Of a stretch of 64,000 bases of DNA, positions 40,159 through 50,195 are shown one piece after another. Below the pieces are notes generated by a model, which searched no databases, was not told the DNA's origin, and saw only the letters and a program-made list of their open reading frames with translations. The stretch spans positions 136,203 to 200,202 of the forward strand of contig JBPOIT010000009.1 of the NCBI GenBank assembly GCA_052034235.1, read 5' to 3'. Made by a program: the position numbers and the translations under genes. Source of the stretch: Candidatus Levyibacteriota bacterium (lineage in GTDB: Bacteria; Patescibacteriota; Microgenomatia; Levybacterales; UBA12049). The stretch's first letter is position 1. Each line of letters opens with the position of its first letter.

Positions 40159-40830
40159 ATGAGGCCAGTTGTGGGCGTTTTTGCGCATCCAGATGATGAG
40201 GTATTTGCCGGAGGTGCGTTAGCAACTTTTGCAACCAAACGTGACGTATATCTCGTTTGTATTACCAATGGTGAAGCTGGTATCAATAGTAGCAGTAAGC
40301 CAAAAGAATTAGGGGAGTTGAGAAAAGACGAGCTGAAAGCTTCTGCCACGGCCTTAGGTGTTAAGGAGGTTTTCTTTCTTAATTTTGGGGACGGAGACCT
40401 CAGTAATAACCTCTACGGTCCAATTGCCGAAAAACTGCAAGAGTCTATTGAAAAATTTGATCCGGAAATTCTTCTAACCTTTGAACCACATGGTGTTTCC
40501 GGGCACATGGATCACGCAGTCACATCAATGGTGACCACATATGTCTTTGAAAAATTACCCAACGTTCGTGAATTGTGGTATTACGGTTTTGATGAGTCTG
40601 AGCGAAAGCTCTTCAGAGAATATTTTGAAGGATTTTTTGTGTATACGCCACCTGGGTTTAAAAAGCATGATATTTCAAAAACTTTAAACGCAGAGCCTGT
40701 TTGGGAGAAAAAAGTGAAGGCTATGCACCAGCATGAATCTCAAAAACACGATATAGAAAAACTGGTTGAAATGTTTGATAAGCAGAAAAAGGAAGAATAT
40801 TACAAAATCCTCAATAAAGATACGGTATAA
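40159..40830 (+). CDS. PIG-L/LmbE-family N-acetylglucosaminyl deacetylase
   Basis: 223 aa; VFAHPDDEV zinc-binding motif. Confidence 0.75.
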   Translation: MRPVVGVFAHPDDEVFAGGALATFATKRDVYLVCITNGEAGINSSSKPKELGELRKDELKASATALGVKEVFFLNFGDGDLSNNLYGPIAEKLQESIEKFDPEILLTFEPHGVSGHMDHAVTSMVTTYVFEKLPNVRELWYYGFDESERKLFREYFEGFFVYTPPGFKKHDISKTLNAEPVWEKKVKAMHQHESQKHDIEKLVEMFDKQKKEEYYKILNKDTV

Positions 40831-41362
40831 GCTTGTGCGTGCGCTTCTTATGTATCGCAAAGTCTTTACTGTGTTTTTCCATCATTTTTTCCTCTAGAAG
40901 CATATTCATAAGAATAGCCACAAAAAACGCGGTAAAAACCAAATAGCGCAGTAATGTTGGTGCTCCCTGTACATATCCTGAAAAGAAGAGTAAAACCGCT
41001 GCGTATATGGGATGTCTGATAATTTCATAAGGTCCCTTGGTGACAAGAAAATATCCATCAGGTAAGGTTCGAGTTTCATGGTGAGTATTGAGCTTAATTG
41101 ATAATATTGCCCAAACAATGAGCAACAGCGCAAATATTTGCGTTAAAAGAATGGGGATGTTTTGTATAAAGAGAGGGCCTGAGAAAAGAAGAAAGGCAGC
41201 TGTTATTACTGCGATTGATAAAAAAATACGAGACCTAGTTTCGGGTTTCATATGCCTTATAAGTAAGTATACACGAGTAAGGTATAATATGCACATGAAG
41301 AGAGTATTACTCCTTATCCTGCTGATCACAGGTCTTGGAGTCTTAGCGGTCAATGGAATCAA
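40811..41362 (-). CDS. isoprenylcysteine carboxyl methyltransferase (ICMT)/PEMT-family membrane methyltransferase
   Basis: 183 aa; GPYEIIRHPIYAAVLLFFSGY and LEEKMMEKHSKDF motifs. Confidence 0.65.
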   Translation of the reverse strand: MIPLTAKTPRPVISRIRSNTLFMCILYLTRVYLLIRHMKPETRSRIFLSIAVITAAFLLFSGPLFIQNIPILLTQIFALLLIVWAILSIKLNTHHETRTLPDGYFLVTKGPYEIIRHPIYAAVLLFFSGYVQGAPTLLRYLVFTAFFVAILMNMLLEEKMMEKHSKDFAIHKKRTHKLIPYLY

Positions 41363-42389
41363 AGCAAAGGTAAAACATGATCTCGCCCAGCCCTTCGTTT
41401 CGTCTCTTACTCCAAGTGCTGTTCCTCAAACTAAGCATGCTCCTGCAACAGGAAGTGACACTACCTCTCTTTTTGTCCCTTATTGGACAATGAACAATAC
41501 TGATTTTTCAAGTGAAGACTATGATGCATATCTCTATTTTGGTGTTACGCCTACTAAAGACGGTTTAAATACAAAGGAGAATGGTTATGTCAGTATTGAA
41601 AAGTTTGTATCTATTGTCCCTCCAGGAAAAGACAAGATACTCGTTTTGAGAATGCTTGAAGCAGATATAAACACGGCAACACTACGAAGTGCTGCAAAAC
41701 AAAAAACACTCATTAGACAGACACTTGCAGCTGCCAAAGAGTATGGTTTTGATGGTGTAGTGCTTGATTTAGAATTATCAGCTATTCCGTTTGATTCGCT
41801 TATTGCACAGATACGTGACTTTAATAGTTTGTTTTATGATCAGACTAAGGCTGCGGGTTTATCATATGGAATAGCAATTTATGGCGATACGTTTTATCGG
41901 CTGAGACCATTTGATGTTAAAGCGATTGCGAAAGATGCAGATATGCTTTATGTCATGGCATATGATTTCCATAAATCGAGAGGCAATCCAGGACCTAATT
42001 TCCCTCTTTCAGGTAAAGAAACATATGGTTATGACATCTCTGAAATGAGTGAAGATTTTTTACGCGATGCTGATGCAGAAAAAGTAACTGTTGTTTTTGG
42101 GTTGTTTGGATATGATTGGAAAACTGATAACAAGGGAAATGCCATCGGAAACGGTGATCCGCTTGCGTTTAATGAAATATCCTCACGTTTTCTCAATGGA
42201 TGTAAAGAACGTGAGTGTACCATTGCAAGAGAGTCAAAAGCGGGAGAAAATCAAATTCGTTTTATTGATGAAGAGAATGCAAAACATGTTGTTTGGTTTG
42301 AAGATATGGATTCTGTGACTGCCAAACAGGTGTATTTACGCAGCAAAGGTATCAATAATTTTAGCTTCTGGGCGAACAGTTATTTCTAA
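41289..42389 (+). CDS. glycoside hydrolase family 18-like (chitinase/YaaH-like) secreted protein
   Basis: DxxDxDxE motif FDGVVLDLE; signal/TM MHMKRVLLLILLITGLGVLAV; ORF-track start 41088 overlaps the convergent gene, so internal ATG at 41289 (preceded by TATAAT) is used. Confidence 0.6.
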   Translation: MHMKRVLLLILLITGLGVLAVNGIKAKVKHDLAQPFVSSLTPSAVPQTKHAPATGSDTTSLFVPYWTMNNTDFSSEDYDAYLYFGVTPTKDGLNTKENGYVSIEKFVSIVPPGKDKILVLRMLEADINTATLRSAAKQKTLIRQTLAAAKEYGFDGVVLDLELSAIPFDSLIAQIRDFNSLFYDQTKAAGLSYGIAIYGDTFYRLRPFDVKAIAKDADMLYVMAYDFHKSRGNPGPNFPLSGKETYGYDISEMSEDFLRDADAEKVTVVFGLFGYDWKTDNKGNAIGNGDPLAFNEISSRFLNGCKERECTIARESKAGENQIRFIDEENAKHVVWFEDMDSVTAKQVYLRSKGINNFSFWANSYF

Positions 42390-42457
42390 TTGAGCTTTCT
42401 TACATGCTTCTTATCATTTCTTGCATAGCTTTTTAAGAAAAAAGGTAAAATAACCTA

Positions 42458-42486
42458 TTGACGTGCTACAAAAAATATTGTATTAT
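42458..42486 (+). promoter_or_regulatory. sigma70-like promoter of tuf (-35 TTGACG, 17-nt spacer, -10 TATTAT), followed by leader hairpin CTCTCA-aattc-TGAGAG
   Basis: Read from sequence. Confidence 0.45.
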
Positions 42487-42530
42487 ACATTCACTCTCAA
42501 ATTCTGAGAGATTATTTTTTTAATAAACAT

Positions 42531-43715
42531 ATGGCTGACAATAAATTTCAAAGAACAAAACCACACGTAAACATCGGTACCATTGGTCACGTCGATCACG
42601 GCAAGACCACAACAACCGCTGCTATTACAAACGTACTCGCTAAAAAGGGTATGGCAAAAGCACGATCTTACGCAGATATTGATAATGCACCTGAAGAAAG
42701 AGCTCGAGGAGTCACGATTAATATTTCCCACCAAGAATACGAAACAGAAAAGCGTCACTATGCACACATCGACGCTCCAGGACACGCAGATTACATCAAA
42801 AACATGATTACCGGTGCAGCTCAGATGGACGGAGCAATCTTAGTCGTCTCAGCACCAGATGGCCCAATGCCACAAACACGTGAACACATCCTTCTTGCAC
42901 GCCAAGTCGGTGTTCCAGCAATTGTTGTTTACCTTAATAAATGTGACATGGTTCAAGATGCAGAACTCCTTGACCTTGTTGAAATGGAAGTTCGTGAATT
43001 ACTTACAAAATATCAATATCCAGGTGATGACACGCCAATCATCCGTGGCTCATCAATGAAAGCACTCGAAGGAGATGCAGATGCAGAAAAAGCAATTCTT
43101 GATCTCATGGATGCAGTTGATTCATTCGTTCCAACACCAGAACGTGCACTCGATAAGCCATTCTTAATGCCTGTTGAAGACGTCTTCTCAATCAAAGGAC
43201 GCGGAACAGTTGTTACCGGAAGAATCGAAAGAGGAATGATCAAAGTTAACGAAGCAGTCGAAATCGTCGGCATGGACAAGAACAAAGATTCAGTTGTAAC
43301 CGGAGTTGAAATGTTTAAAAAGCAGCTTGATGATGGTCAAGCAGGAGACAATGTTGGTCTTCTCCTTAGAGGTCTAGAAAAGAACGATGTTGAAAGAGGC
43401 CAAGTTATTGCAAAGCCAAAGAGTGTTACTCCACACACAGAATTTGAAGCAGAAGCATATATCTTAACAAAAGAAGAAGGCGGACGTCACACACCATTCT
43501 TTACCGGATATCGTCCACAGTTCTATATCAGAACAACCGACGTTACAGGTACAGCAACACTTCCACAAGGTGTTGAGATGGTCATGCCTGGAGACACAAC
43601 AAAAATGACAGTAAAACTTATAGTACCAGTCGCACTTGAAGAAGGTGTCCGATACGCAATCCGCGAAGGCGGAAAGACGGTTGGAGCCGGTGTTATCACC
43701 AAAATAATCAAATAA
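42531..43715 (+). CDS. tuf: elongation factor Tu
   Basis: 394 aa; [21 protein letters not shown] motifs. Confidence 0.97.
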   Translation: MADNKFQRTKPHVNIGTIGHVDHGKTTTTAAITNVLAKKGMAKARSYADIDNAPEERARGVTINISHQEYETEKRHYAHIDAPGHADYIKNMITGAAQMDGAILVVSAPDGPMPQTREHILLARQVGVPAIVVYLNKCDMVQDAELLDLVEMEVRELLTKYQYPGDDTPIIRGSSMKALEGDADAEKAILDLMDAVDSFVPTPERALDKPFLMPVEDVFSIKGRGTVVTGRIERGMIKVNEAVEIVGMDKNKDSVVTGVEMFKKQLDDGQAGDNVGLLLRGLEKNDVERGQVIAKPKSVTPHTEFEAEAYILTKEEGGRHTPFFTGYRPQFYIRTTDVTGTATLPQGVEMVMPGDTTKMTVKLIVPVALEEGVRYAIREGGKTVGAGVITKIIK

Positions 43716-43737
43716 TCCGCCCAAGGCGGGTTTTTTG
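43716..43737 (+). terminator. intrinsic terminator after tuf (CCGCC-caag-GGCGG plus T6)
   Basis: GC hairpin followed by TTTTTT. Confidence 0.55.
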
Positions 43738-43778
43738 ATTAAGAGGTGTAGATCTTTAACAGTCTGAGAGGATAATAT

Positions 43779-44087
43779 ATGCCAAAAGGAAGAATTAGAG
43801 TTCGATTAAAAAGTTATGATGCAAGAGTCCTTGACTCTTGTTGTCAGCAAATTCTTGATTCGGTTATCAGAACCGGAGCTAAGGTCGTTGGACCAGTTCC
43901 ACTTCCTACTGACAGAAGTGTCTACGCAATCAATAAATCACCATTTATTGATAAAGATGCGAGAGATCATTTTGAAATCAGAGTGCATAAGAGATTGATT
44001 GATATCGTCTCTCCTACAGACAAAACGATTGATAGTTTAACAAATTTAGCTCTCCCGGCGGGAGTCGATGTAGAGTTGAAGATGTAG
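43779..44087 (+). CDS. rpsJ: 30S ribosomal protein S10
   Basis: 102 aa, RIRVRLKSYD... Confidence 0.95.
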   Translation: MPKGRIRVRLKSYDARVLDSCCQQILDSVIRTGAKVVGPVPLPTDRSVYAINKSPFIDKDARDHFEIRVHKRLIDIVSPTDKTIDSLTNLALPAGVDVELKM

Positions 44088-44203
44088 TTAATACATTTTA
44101 AGATGCCCAGAATAATTAAACATACAAGGTATGATTGATTAAAAACGCCTAGCTAGGCCACCCCGATTATAGGGGATCACATCAAACGCTGTGAACAAAA
44201 ATG

Positions 44204-44227
44204 GTAGCCTGACGGCTACTTTTTTTA
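44204..44227 (+). terminator. terminator/attenuator-like hairpin GTAGCC-tgac-GGCTAC plus T8 inside the rpsJ-rplC spacer
   Basis: Perfect 6-bp stem plus T-run; additional hairpins at 44147-44159 and 44161-44177. Confidence 0.45.
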
Positions 44228-44242
44228 TGTCTTAAAAAATAT

Positions 44243-45157
44243 ATGATAAACGTAATATTAGGAATTAAAACAGATCAAACGCAAAAGTTTCTGGCTAACG
44301 GCAGAAGAATTCCTGTTACTGAAATTTCAGTCGCAGATAACACTGTTGTTCAGGTAAAAACGAAAGCAAATGATTCATATGATGCTGTTCAGCTTGGACA
44401 AGGTGTAAAAGTGCGCCCAATCAAGGCTATTGCAGGACACGCAAAGAAACTTGGCTTAACAGAAACACCAAGAGTACTCAAAGAGGTTCGTATATCAGCA
44501 ATTGATGCTGAGGGTGAAACTTTGAAATCAGGTGACAAAATTAACGTTGAATCAGTTTTACAGCCGGGTGATATCGTTGCTGTAACAGGTACATCAAAAG
44601 GCAAAGGTTTTGCAGGTGTCGTTAAACGTCATGGATTCAGAGGGGGACCAAAGACACACGGTCAATCAGATCGTCATCGTGCTCCTGGATCTATCGGACA
44701 AGGTACAACACCAGGTCGTGTCTATAAAGGCAAGAGAATGGCAGGACGCATGGGAACTGAAACCGTAACAGTAGCAAACCTGACTGTTGTTAATGTCGAC
44801 TCAGAGAACAATAAACTCTATGTTTCAGGTTTAGTTCCTGGTTTGAAAAAAGGATTAGTAATTATTACCAAGACTGGCGAAAAAAAGAATTTTGTCCAAC
44901 TTCTTGAAGTAAAAGAACAGGAAGATGCAAAAGCAGCAGTTGAAGCAGCAAAGGCTGAAAAAGAGGCAGCAAAAGCAGCAGAAGAGGCTGCAGCACAAGA
45001 AGCAGCAGCGCCTGTAGAACCTGCAGTTGAAGAGGCTGCTAAAGAAGAAGCAGTTAACGAAGAAGTGCAAGAAACAGAAGAAACAAAAGCAGCAGAGGAA
45101 GTAAAAGAACCTGAAGCTCAGACAGAAGAAACAGAAGAAAAAGTTGAGGAAAAATAA
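44243..45157 (+). CDS. rplC: 50S ribosomal protein L3 with an acidic Ala/Glu/Lys-rich C-terminal extension
   Basis: L3 core VVKRHGFRGGPKTHGQSDRHRAPGSIG; about 90-aa low-complexity tail. Confidence 0.95.
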   Translation: MINVILGIKTDQTQKFLANGRRIPVTEISVADNTVVQVKTKANDSYDAVQLGQGVKVRPIKAIAGHAKKLGLTETPRVLKEVRISAIDAEGETLKSGDKINVESVLQPGDIVAVTGTSKGKGFAGVVKRHGFRGGPKTHGQSDRHRAPGSIGQGTTPGRVYKGKRMAGRMGTETVTVANLTVVNVDSENNKLYVSGLVPGLKKGLVIITKTGEKKNFVQLLEVKEQEDAKAAVEAAKAEKEAAKAAEEAAAQEAAAPVEPAVEEAAKEEAVNEEVQETEETKAAEEVKEPEAQTEETEEKVEEK

Positions 45158-45161
45158 AACT

Positions 45162-46004
45162 ATGGCAACGACAAAAAAAATAACAGAAGAAAAGAAAGTA
45201 ACCAAAACAGTAAAACCTGTTGCTGTTAAAAAAACAGCTGCAAAAACGACTGTTAAAAAAGAAACAGTAAAGGAACCTGTTAAAAAAATGGTAGCTGAAA
45301 AGGCGGAGCCAAAGAAGGTTGAATCCGTTGCAGCACCTAAAAAAGCAGCAGCAAAAACTGACACAGTAAATCTTTCAGTTGATGTCTTTGATCTGACTGG
45401 AAAAACAACGGGCAAGCTTTCGCTTCCAGTGGAGATCTTTGGTGAAAAAATCAATAAAGCATTGCTACATCAGGCAATCAGAGTTTACCAGGCAAATAAA
45501 CGCCAAGGTAACGCATCAACCTTAACACGCGGCGAAGTTGATGGATCAACAAGAAAAATTTATCGCCAAAAAGGTACTGGACGTGCACGTCACGGATCAC
45601 TTCGTGCTCCTATCTTTGTAAAGGGAGGTATCGTTCACGGACCAAAACCAAGAGATTACAGTCTTGATTTGCCAAAAAAGATGAGACGAAAAGCATTGTT
45701 CTCCGCACTCTCAAGTAAATTTGCAGCTGGAGAAGTTACGGTTGTCACAGGTTTTGAAGCAATCGAACCAAAGACAAAAGTATTTGCAGCAAGTCTTAAC
45801 AGTTTAGGGTTTGCAAAGGTTTCAAGTCTGCTTTTGGTTATGCCATCTGACCTCGCAAACGTAAAGCGTGCAGCAGGTAATGTAAAACAAGTCACTATGA
45901 CAGTTGCAGGTAGATTAAACGCACTTGATGTTCTTCTGAGTAGAAGAATTGTCATTACAAATGAGACAGTTGCTGAGATGAAGAAACTTTTTTTAACAAA
46001 ATAA
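45162..46004 (+). CDS. rplD: 50S ribosomal protein L4 with a basic Lys/Ala-rich N-terminal extension
   Basis: L4 core GTGRARHGSLRAPIFVKGG; ATG at 45162 preferred over the TTG ORF start 45144. Confidence 0.93.
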   Translation: MATTKKITEEKKVTKTVKPVAVKKTAAKTTVKKETVKEPVKKMVAEKAEPKKVESVAAPKKAAAKTDTVNLSVDVFDLTGKTTGKLSLPVEIFGEKINKALLHQAIRVYQANKRQGNASTLTRGEVDGSTRKIYRQKGTGRARHGSLRAPIFVKGGIVHGPKPRDYSLDLPKKMRRKALFSALSSKFAAGEVTVVTGFEAIEPKTKVFAASLNSLGFAKVSSLLLVMPSDLANVKRAAGNVKQVTMTVAGRLNALDVLLSRRIVITNETVAEMKKLFLTK

Positions 46005-46008
46005 TATT

Positions 46009-46335
46009 ATGAATGCGCAAAGTGTCATTATTAGACCATTAGTTACAGAAAAATCAATGAATAGTGCCGTTGCAGGCAGATATTCATTTGCGGTCGCAGA
46101 GTATGCAACCAAAACCGATATTAGGAGTGCAATTGAAAAAACGTTCAATGTAAATGTCGTTTCAGTTTCAACAAGTGTGATAAAAGGTAAAGCACGCCGT
46201 GCAGGAGCAAGACGTCTTGAGATTGCAGATCCAATTTGGAAAAAGGCTACAGTAACTGTTAAAAAAGGTGAGAAGATTTATCTTTTCGAAGCAGGCGGAG
46301 AAGAACCAGTTGCGAAGGAGGCAAAAAAGAAATAA
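46009..46335 (+). CDS. rplW: 50S ribosomal protein L23
   Basis: 108 aa, L23-like. Confidence 0.9.
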   Translation: MNAQSVIIRPLVTEKSMNSAVAGRYSFAVAEYATKTDIRSAIEKTFNVNVVSVSTSVIKGKARRAGARRLEIADPIWKKATVTVKKGEKIYLFEAGGEEPVAKEAKKK

Positions 46336-46337
46336 CT

Positions 46338-47093
46338 ATGAATAAGTTGAAAACAATAAAGAAAAAACATTCAGGTCGTGATGCGAGTGGAAAAGTTGTT
46401 GTTCGTCATCAAGGTGGCCAACAGAAAAGATATTACAGAAAAATTGATTTTAAACGTGATAAAGTAGGAATTACCGGTAAAGTTCTTACTGTTGAGTACG
46501 ATCCAAATCGCACAGCAGATATTGCTTTAGTACAATATCCCGATGGAGACAAACGTTATATTTTGGCTCCGCACGGAATGAAAACTCATGATACAATAGT
46601 GGCCGGGAAAAATACCGATGCGCAGCCTGGGAATGCTATGCCGCTTTCAGATGTGCCAGTCGGTACAGTTATTCACAATGTTGAGTTGACCCCTGGTAAA
46701 GGTGGTCAGATAGCAAGAGGAGCTGGTACAGGAGCGACTGTTACGGCAAAAGAAGGTGCATTTGCTCATGTAAAATTGCCTTCAGGTGAAATAAGAAAAA
46801 TTTCACTCTTGGCTATGGCAACTGTTGGACAGTTGAGTAACATTGATCAGAAAAATAAAGTTATTGGTAAAGCAGGCAGATCACGTCTTATGGGGCGTAG
46901 ACCAACTGTTAGAGGAGTAGCCCAGAATCCTCGCTCTCATCCACACGGTGGAGGAGAAGCCCGATCTGGTGTCGGTATGCCAGCACCAAAAACGTACGCA
47001 GGACGCGTGGCAGTTGGAAATACGAGAAGAAAGAATAAATATTCGAGTAAATATATCTTACAAAAACGAAAGGGAGGACGAAGTAGAAAATAA
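46338..47093 (+). CDS. rplB: 50S ribosomal protein L2
   Basis: 251 aa; GGGEARSGVG, PHGGG motifs. Confidence 0.95.
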   Translation: MNKLKTIKKKHSGRDASGKVVVRHQGGQQKRYYRKIDFKRDKVGITGKVLTVEYDPNRTADIALVQYPDGDKRYILAPHGMKTHDTIVAGKNTDAQPGNAMPLSDVPVGTVIHNVELTPGKGGQIARGAGTGATVTAKEGAFAHVKLPSGEIRKISLLAMATVGQLSNIDQKNKVIGKAGRSRLMGRRPTVRGVAQNPRSHPHGGGEARSGVGMPAPKTYAGRVAVGNTRRKNKYSSKYILQKRKGGRSRK

Positions 47094-47111
47094 TACTTCT
47101 CAATTCTAAAT

Positions 47112-47396
47112 ATGTCTAGATCAACAAAAAAAGGACCATATATTGACGAAAAACTCATGGCGAAAGTCATGAAACAGAAAGCATCTGGCGACAGAGCTGG
47201 AATCAAAACTTGGGCACGTGCATGCCAAATTCCACCGGAATTTGTTGGGCACACGTTCTTAGTTCACAACGGCAAGCATTTTATTAATGTCTATGTTGTT
47301 GAAGGTATGGTCAGTCACAGATTAGGTGAATTTTCACCAACAAGACTGTTTAGAGGACATGGAAAAGTTGTCGCCCGTGAAATTAGTAAGACTTAA
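47112..47396 (+). CDS. rpsS: 30S ribosomal protein S19
   Basis: 94 aa; [16 protein letters not shown]. Confidence 0.95.
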   Translation: MSRSTKKGPYIDEKLMAKVMKQKASGDRAGIKTWARACQIPPEFVGHTFLVHNGKHFINVYVVEGMVSHRLGEFSPTRLFRGHGKVVAREISKT

Positions 47397-47402
47397 TGTA
47401 TT

Positions 47403-47825
47403 ATGGAAGTTCGAGCAATTGCAAAATCAGTACGAGTTAGTCCGAGAAAAGTTCGCTTAGTTGCGGATGCTGTTCGGAATCTCTCAATAGAAGAAGCACT
47501 GCATGTGTTGGAAACTGCTGAAAAGCGTGCAGCATTGCCAATAGAGAAGACACTGAAAAGTGCTATTGCAAACGCAGTAACAAATGCAAAACTTGAGAAA
47601 ACGCAACTGACAATCAGCAGTATTCAGATTGCTGAAGGACAACCTTTAAAAAGGTTTCATCCTTCAACCAGAGGCCGGATTCATCCGTACAAGAAGCGAA
47701 GCAGTCACATAACAATTGTTGTTAAAGGCAACCCTGTAACAGCAAAAGTTGAATCAAAAAAGGCTGATGAGAAAAAAGATATGAAACCTGTTAAAAAAGA
47801 AGAAAAGAAAGGAACTGATAAATAA
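47403..47825 (+). CDS. rplV: 50S ribosomal protein L22 (Lys-rich C-terminal tail)
   Basis: 140 aa. Confidence 0.92.
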   Translation: MEVRAIAKSVRVSPRKVRLVADAVRNLSIEEALHVLETAEKRAALPIEKTLKSAIANAVTNAKLEKTQLTISSIQIAEGQPLKRFHPSTRGRIHPYKKRSSHITIVVKGNPVTAKVESKKADEKKDMKPVKKEEKKGTDK

Positions 47826-48472
47826 TGGGACAAAAAGTTAATCCACACGTCATTAGACTTGGAACTGTTCATACATGGAGCAGTAGATGGTTTGATGAGC
47901 GTCAATATAAAGAAACTGCGCTTGAAGATTTTCATCTTCGAAAGCAGCTGATGACACGGCTGAGACCTGCAGGTATTTCAAAAGTGGAACTTGAGCGTTC
48001 AATTAACAGTATGAAAATTATTTTACACGTTTCACGTCCAGGTATCGTTATCGGACGAGGCGGAACAGGTCTTGAAGATTTGAAAAAATCAATAATTGCT
48101 TTCTTTGTTAAAACGAGAAAGAGTAAGCAGATTCCAAAGCTTGATATCCGGGTAGAACCAATCAAAGATGCTAATTTGGAAGCACAGCTTGTTGCTACAA
48201 ATATCTCAGATCAACTTATTCGCAGATTGCCATATAAGAGAATTCTGACAAGTACAGCAGAGCGTGTCATGAATGCAGGAGCAAAGGGTGTTAAGATTCT
48301 TTTAACCGGAAGAATTGGCGGCTCAGAAATTGCAAGACGTGAGAAGATCCATGTTGGAACTGTTCCATTGTCAACGATTCGTGCAAATATCAGTTATGCA
48401 CAGTTCCCTGCTCTTACGAAAAAAGGATACATTGGAATTAAGGTGTGGATAAACAAACCGGAGGAAAAATAA
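47825..48472 (+). CDS. rpsC: 30S ribosomal protein S3
   Basis: [13 protein letters not shown]; KH domain. Confidence 0.95.
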   Translation: MGQKVNPHVIRLGTVHTWSSRWFDERQYKETALEDFHLRKQLMTRLRPAGISKVELERSINSMKIILHVSRPGIVIGRGGTGLEDLKKSIIAFFVKTRKSKQIPKLDIRVEPIKDANLEAQLVATNISDQLIRRLPYKRILTSTAERVMNAGAKGVKILLTGRIGGSEIARREKIHVGTVPLSTIRANISYAQFPALTKKGYIGIKVWINKPEEK

Positions 48473-48473
48473 T

Positions 48474-48890
48474 ATGTTAATGCCAAGAAGACAAAAGTAT
48501 CGAAAACAACAACGTGGAACGCAAAAGGGTAATGCGACTCGTGGAACAAAGCTTTCATTTGGTGAGTTCGGTATTTTAACAACAACGACCGGTTGGATTT
48601 CCAGTCGTCAGATAGAGTCGGCAAGACGTGCAATTACACATTATACTGCACGTGGTGGGAGACTTTGGATAATGATTTTTCCGGACAAGCCGATCTCAAA
48701 GAAACCACCGGAAGTGAGAATGGGTGGAGGAAAAGGTGATACAGCAGAATTTGTAGCTCCTGTAAAACCAGGACGTATAATGTTTGAAATGTCTGGTGTA
48801 TCGCGAGAAATGGCTGTTGAAGCACTGAGACGTGCATCACACAAATTGCCTGTTAAAACAAGAATTATTGTAAAAGGAGAAGCACTCTAA
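48474..48890 (+). CDS. rplP: 50S ribosomal protein L16
   Basis: 138 aa, [11 protein letters not shown]. Confidence 0.95.
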   Translation: MLMPRRQKYRKQQRGTQKGNATRGTKLSFGEFGILTTTTGWISSRQIESARRAITHYTARGGRLWIMIFPDKPISKKPPEVRMGGGKGDTAEFVAPVKPGRIMFEMSGVSREMAVEALRRASHKLPVKTRIIVKGEAL

Positions 48891-48891
48891 C

Positions 48892-49212
48892 ATGAAAATT
48901 AACGATAAAAAAGAATTACATACAAAAAGCGCAGCTGAGCTAAGGAAAATGCTCAAAGATGGACATGAATTATTGATGTCACTCAAGCTTGATCGAGAAC
49001 AGAATAAACTGAAAAATACACGAGGTATGTTTAACACAAGAAAGAATATTGCAATTATTAAAACAATCCTTAACGGAAAGGAGGAAACAGTTCAAGTTAA
49101 AGATCAAACATCAGATCTTAAAAAAGAAGCAGTTCTTAAAGAAGAAGTTGCAGCTGAGCCAAAAAAAGCTCCAGCAAAAAAAGCAACAGTTAAGAAAGCA
49201 GCAGCTAAGTAA
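48892..49212 (+). CDS. rpmC: 50S ribosomal protein L29 (with Lys/Ala-rich C-terminal extension)
   Basis: 106 aa. Confidence 0.88.
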   Translation: MKINDKKELHTKSAAELRKMLKDGHELLMSLKLDREQNKLKNTRGMFNTRKNIAIIKTILNGKEETVQVKDQTSDLKKEAVLKEEVAAEPKKAPAKKATVKKAAAK

Positions 49213-49256
49213 TTTAAGATTTAATCTTTATTTTTAATTTGACAGAAAGAAAAACT

Positions 49257-49499
49257 ATGGCAGCAAAAATATTATCAGGAAAAGTAACATCAGTTAAAAT
49301 GCAGGACACTATTTTGGTAGAGGTTACGAGGCGTGTTCCACACCCTCTCTACAGAAAATTGCTGAGAAAATCAAAGCAGTTTAAAGTAGATACCAAAGGA
49401 CAAGAAGTGCCTGAGATTGGTAAGACAGTAAAAATTATTGAAATAAAACCAATTTCAAAAACCAAACATTTTAAATTGGTAGAAGTGGAGAAGAAATAA
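49257..49499 (+). CDS. rpsQ: 30S ribosomal protein S17
   Basis: ATG at 49257 preferred over the TTG ORF start 49239. Confidence 0.92.
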   Translation: MAAKILSGKVTSVKMQDTILVEVTRRVPHPLYRKLLRKSKQFKVDTKGQEVPEIGKTVKIIEIKPISKTKHFKLVEVEKK

Positions 49500-49503
49500 C
49501 ACT

Positions 49504-49878
49504 ATGGTACAACTAAGAAGTATATTAGTCGCAGCAGATAATTCTGGAGCAAAAGAGCTTAATGTGATCCATATTTTTCCAGGATCACACAAAAAGTTCG
49601 GGCGGATTGGTGATATCATCAACGCGGTCGTTAAGACAGCTGTCCCTCATGGACAGGTTAAAGACGGTGAAATTGTTAAATGTGTTATAGTACGTACTCG
49701 TAAAGAAGTAAAACGTGCAGATGGCTCATATATCAGATTCTCAGATAACGCAGCAGTTGTTATTGATAACATGAAAGATAAAAATCCACGAGGCACACGT
49801 ATCTTTGGCCCTATCGCCAGAGAGGTCCGTGACCGAGGATTTATGAAGATTGCCAGTATGGCAACAGAAGTTGTTTAA
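49504..49878 (+). CDS. rplN: 50S ribosomal protein L14
   Basis: 124 aa. Confidence 0.95.
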   Translation: MVQLRSILVAADNSGAKELNVIHIFPGSHKKFGRIGDIINAVVKTAVPHGQVKDGEIVKCVIVRTRKEVKRADGSYIRFSDNAAVVIDNMKDKNPRGTRIFGPIAREVRDRGFMKIASMATEVV

Positions 49879-49882
49879 TATT

Positions 49883-50191
49883 ATGAAATTACGTACAGGA
49901 GATACAGTTAAAATACTAAAGGGTAAAGACAGCGGCAGAACTGGAAAAGTTGAGAAAGTTTTTCCAAAAGAAGCTAAAGTGCTTGTTGAAGGCGTGAACC
50001 AATTTAAGAGACACGTAAAAGCAAAAGCTCAAGGCCAAAAGTCAGAAATTATTACATTGACGAAACCATTGTCAGCATCAAATGTCATGCTGCAGTGTCC
50101 AAAATGCAAAAAGCCGACACGTGTCGGATATAAAATCCTGAAAGATGGTAATAAGACGAGATTCTGCAAGAAATGCAGTGCAGAAGTATAA
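49883..50191 (+). CDS. rplX: 50S ribosomal protein L24
   Basis: KOW motif; ATG at 49883 preferred over the TTG ORF start 49850. Confidence 0.92.
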   Translation: MKLRTGDTVKILKGKDSGRTGKVEKVFPKEAKVLVEGVNQFKRHVKAKAQGQKSEIITLTKPLSASNVMLQCPKCKKPTRVGYKILKDGNKTRFCKKCSAEV

Positions 50192-50195
50192 AACT

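Noticed and set aside
41088-41288. N-terminal 67 codons of the ORF-track GH18 call
   Set aside because: They overlap the convergent ICMT-family gene. A TATAAT box and signal-peptide start at 41289 support the shorter gene.
44855-45454. 199-aa minus-strand ORF antisense to rplC and rplD
   Set aside because: Artefact of the GAA/GCA-rich low-complexity region encoding the L3 and L4 tails; the product is Phe/Cys/Leu low-complexity.
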